Source: a virus (lineage: Duplodnaviria; Caudoviricetes). From it: 34,806 bases of DNA. Shown in pieces: positions 34,743-34,806 of this stretch (positions are counted from its first letter, which is position 1; every line of letters starts with the position of its first letter). The notes under the pieces are model-generated. The model was not told the DNA's origin and made no database searches. It saw only the letters and a list, made by a program, of their open reading frames with translations. The stretch covers positions 1 through 34,806 of the IMG/VR virus record IMGVR_UViG_3300030450_002974, one strand, 5' to 3'. Both the position numbers and the translations under genes were made by a program.

Positions 34743-34806
34743 ATGTTAGGAACACATAGAACAACAACAACAAACATACCTATTGATAATGAGCAGTCAA
34801 GATTGA
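34743..34806 (+). CDS. Hypothetical protein, 3'-truncated
   Basis: AAGGAG SD; MLGTHRTTTTNIPIDNEQSRL... open to the window end. Confidence 0.5.
   Translation, partial: MLGTHRTTTTNIPIDNEQSRL

Noticed and set aside
1-34806. Stop-codon reassignment as the cause of the split genes
   Set aside because: TAA, TAG and TGA all end genes with coupled starts, long ORFs are intact in code 11, and the split partners are in different frames or separated by another gene.
1-34806. tRNA genes, reverse transcriptase/DGR, transposases
   Set aside because: No cloverleaf, RT motifs, TR/VR pair or transposase motifs were seen by eye.

Overview
AT-rich fragment of a tailed dsDNA phage genome, most likely an uncultured marine podovirus-type phage. 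Genes are tightly packed and carry GGAG Shine-Dalgarno sites. Left arm (+ strand, 1-22841): virion module with a LamG/CBM receptor-binding fibre (5'-truncated), adaptor-like proteins, a holin-like gene, a tail nozzle protein apparently split into two ORFs, a fibre, and five internal (ejection) proteins. Right arm (- strand, 22830-34124): replication and recombination module (PD-(D/E)XK nuclease, RuvC-like resolvase, DnaB, HNH, Nmad1-like protein, SSB-like protein, Sak/DUF1071 annealing protein, Cas4-like exonuclease, small HTH and RHH regulators) plus about 20 small early genes. Transcription diverges at about 34200. Highlights: (1) a tyrosine-recombinase/TopIB-like domain inside the 1177-aa ejection protein, with a dif-like palindromic site at the divergent promoter; (2) a complete type II hammerhead ribozyme with pseudoknot at 33010-33085; (3) an unassigned multi-stem RNA at 26783-26876; (4) an iteron/ori-like palindromic tandem repeat in frame inside the exonuclease; (5) several split virion genes. 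All family calls come from motif recognition by eye; no searches were run.
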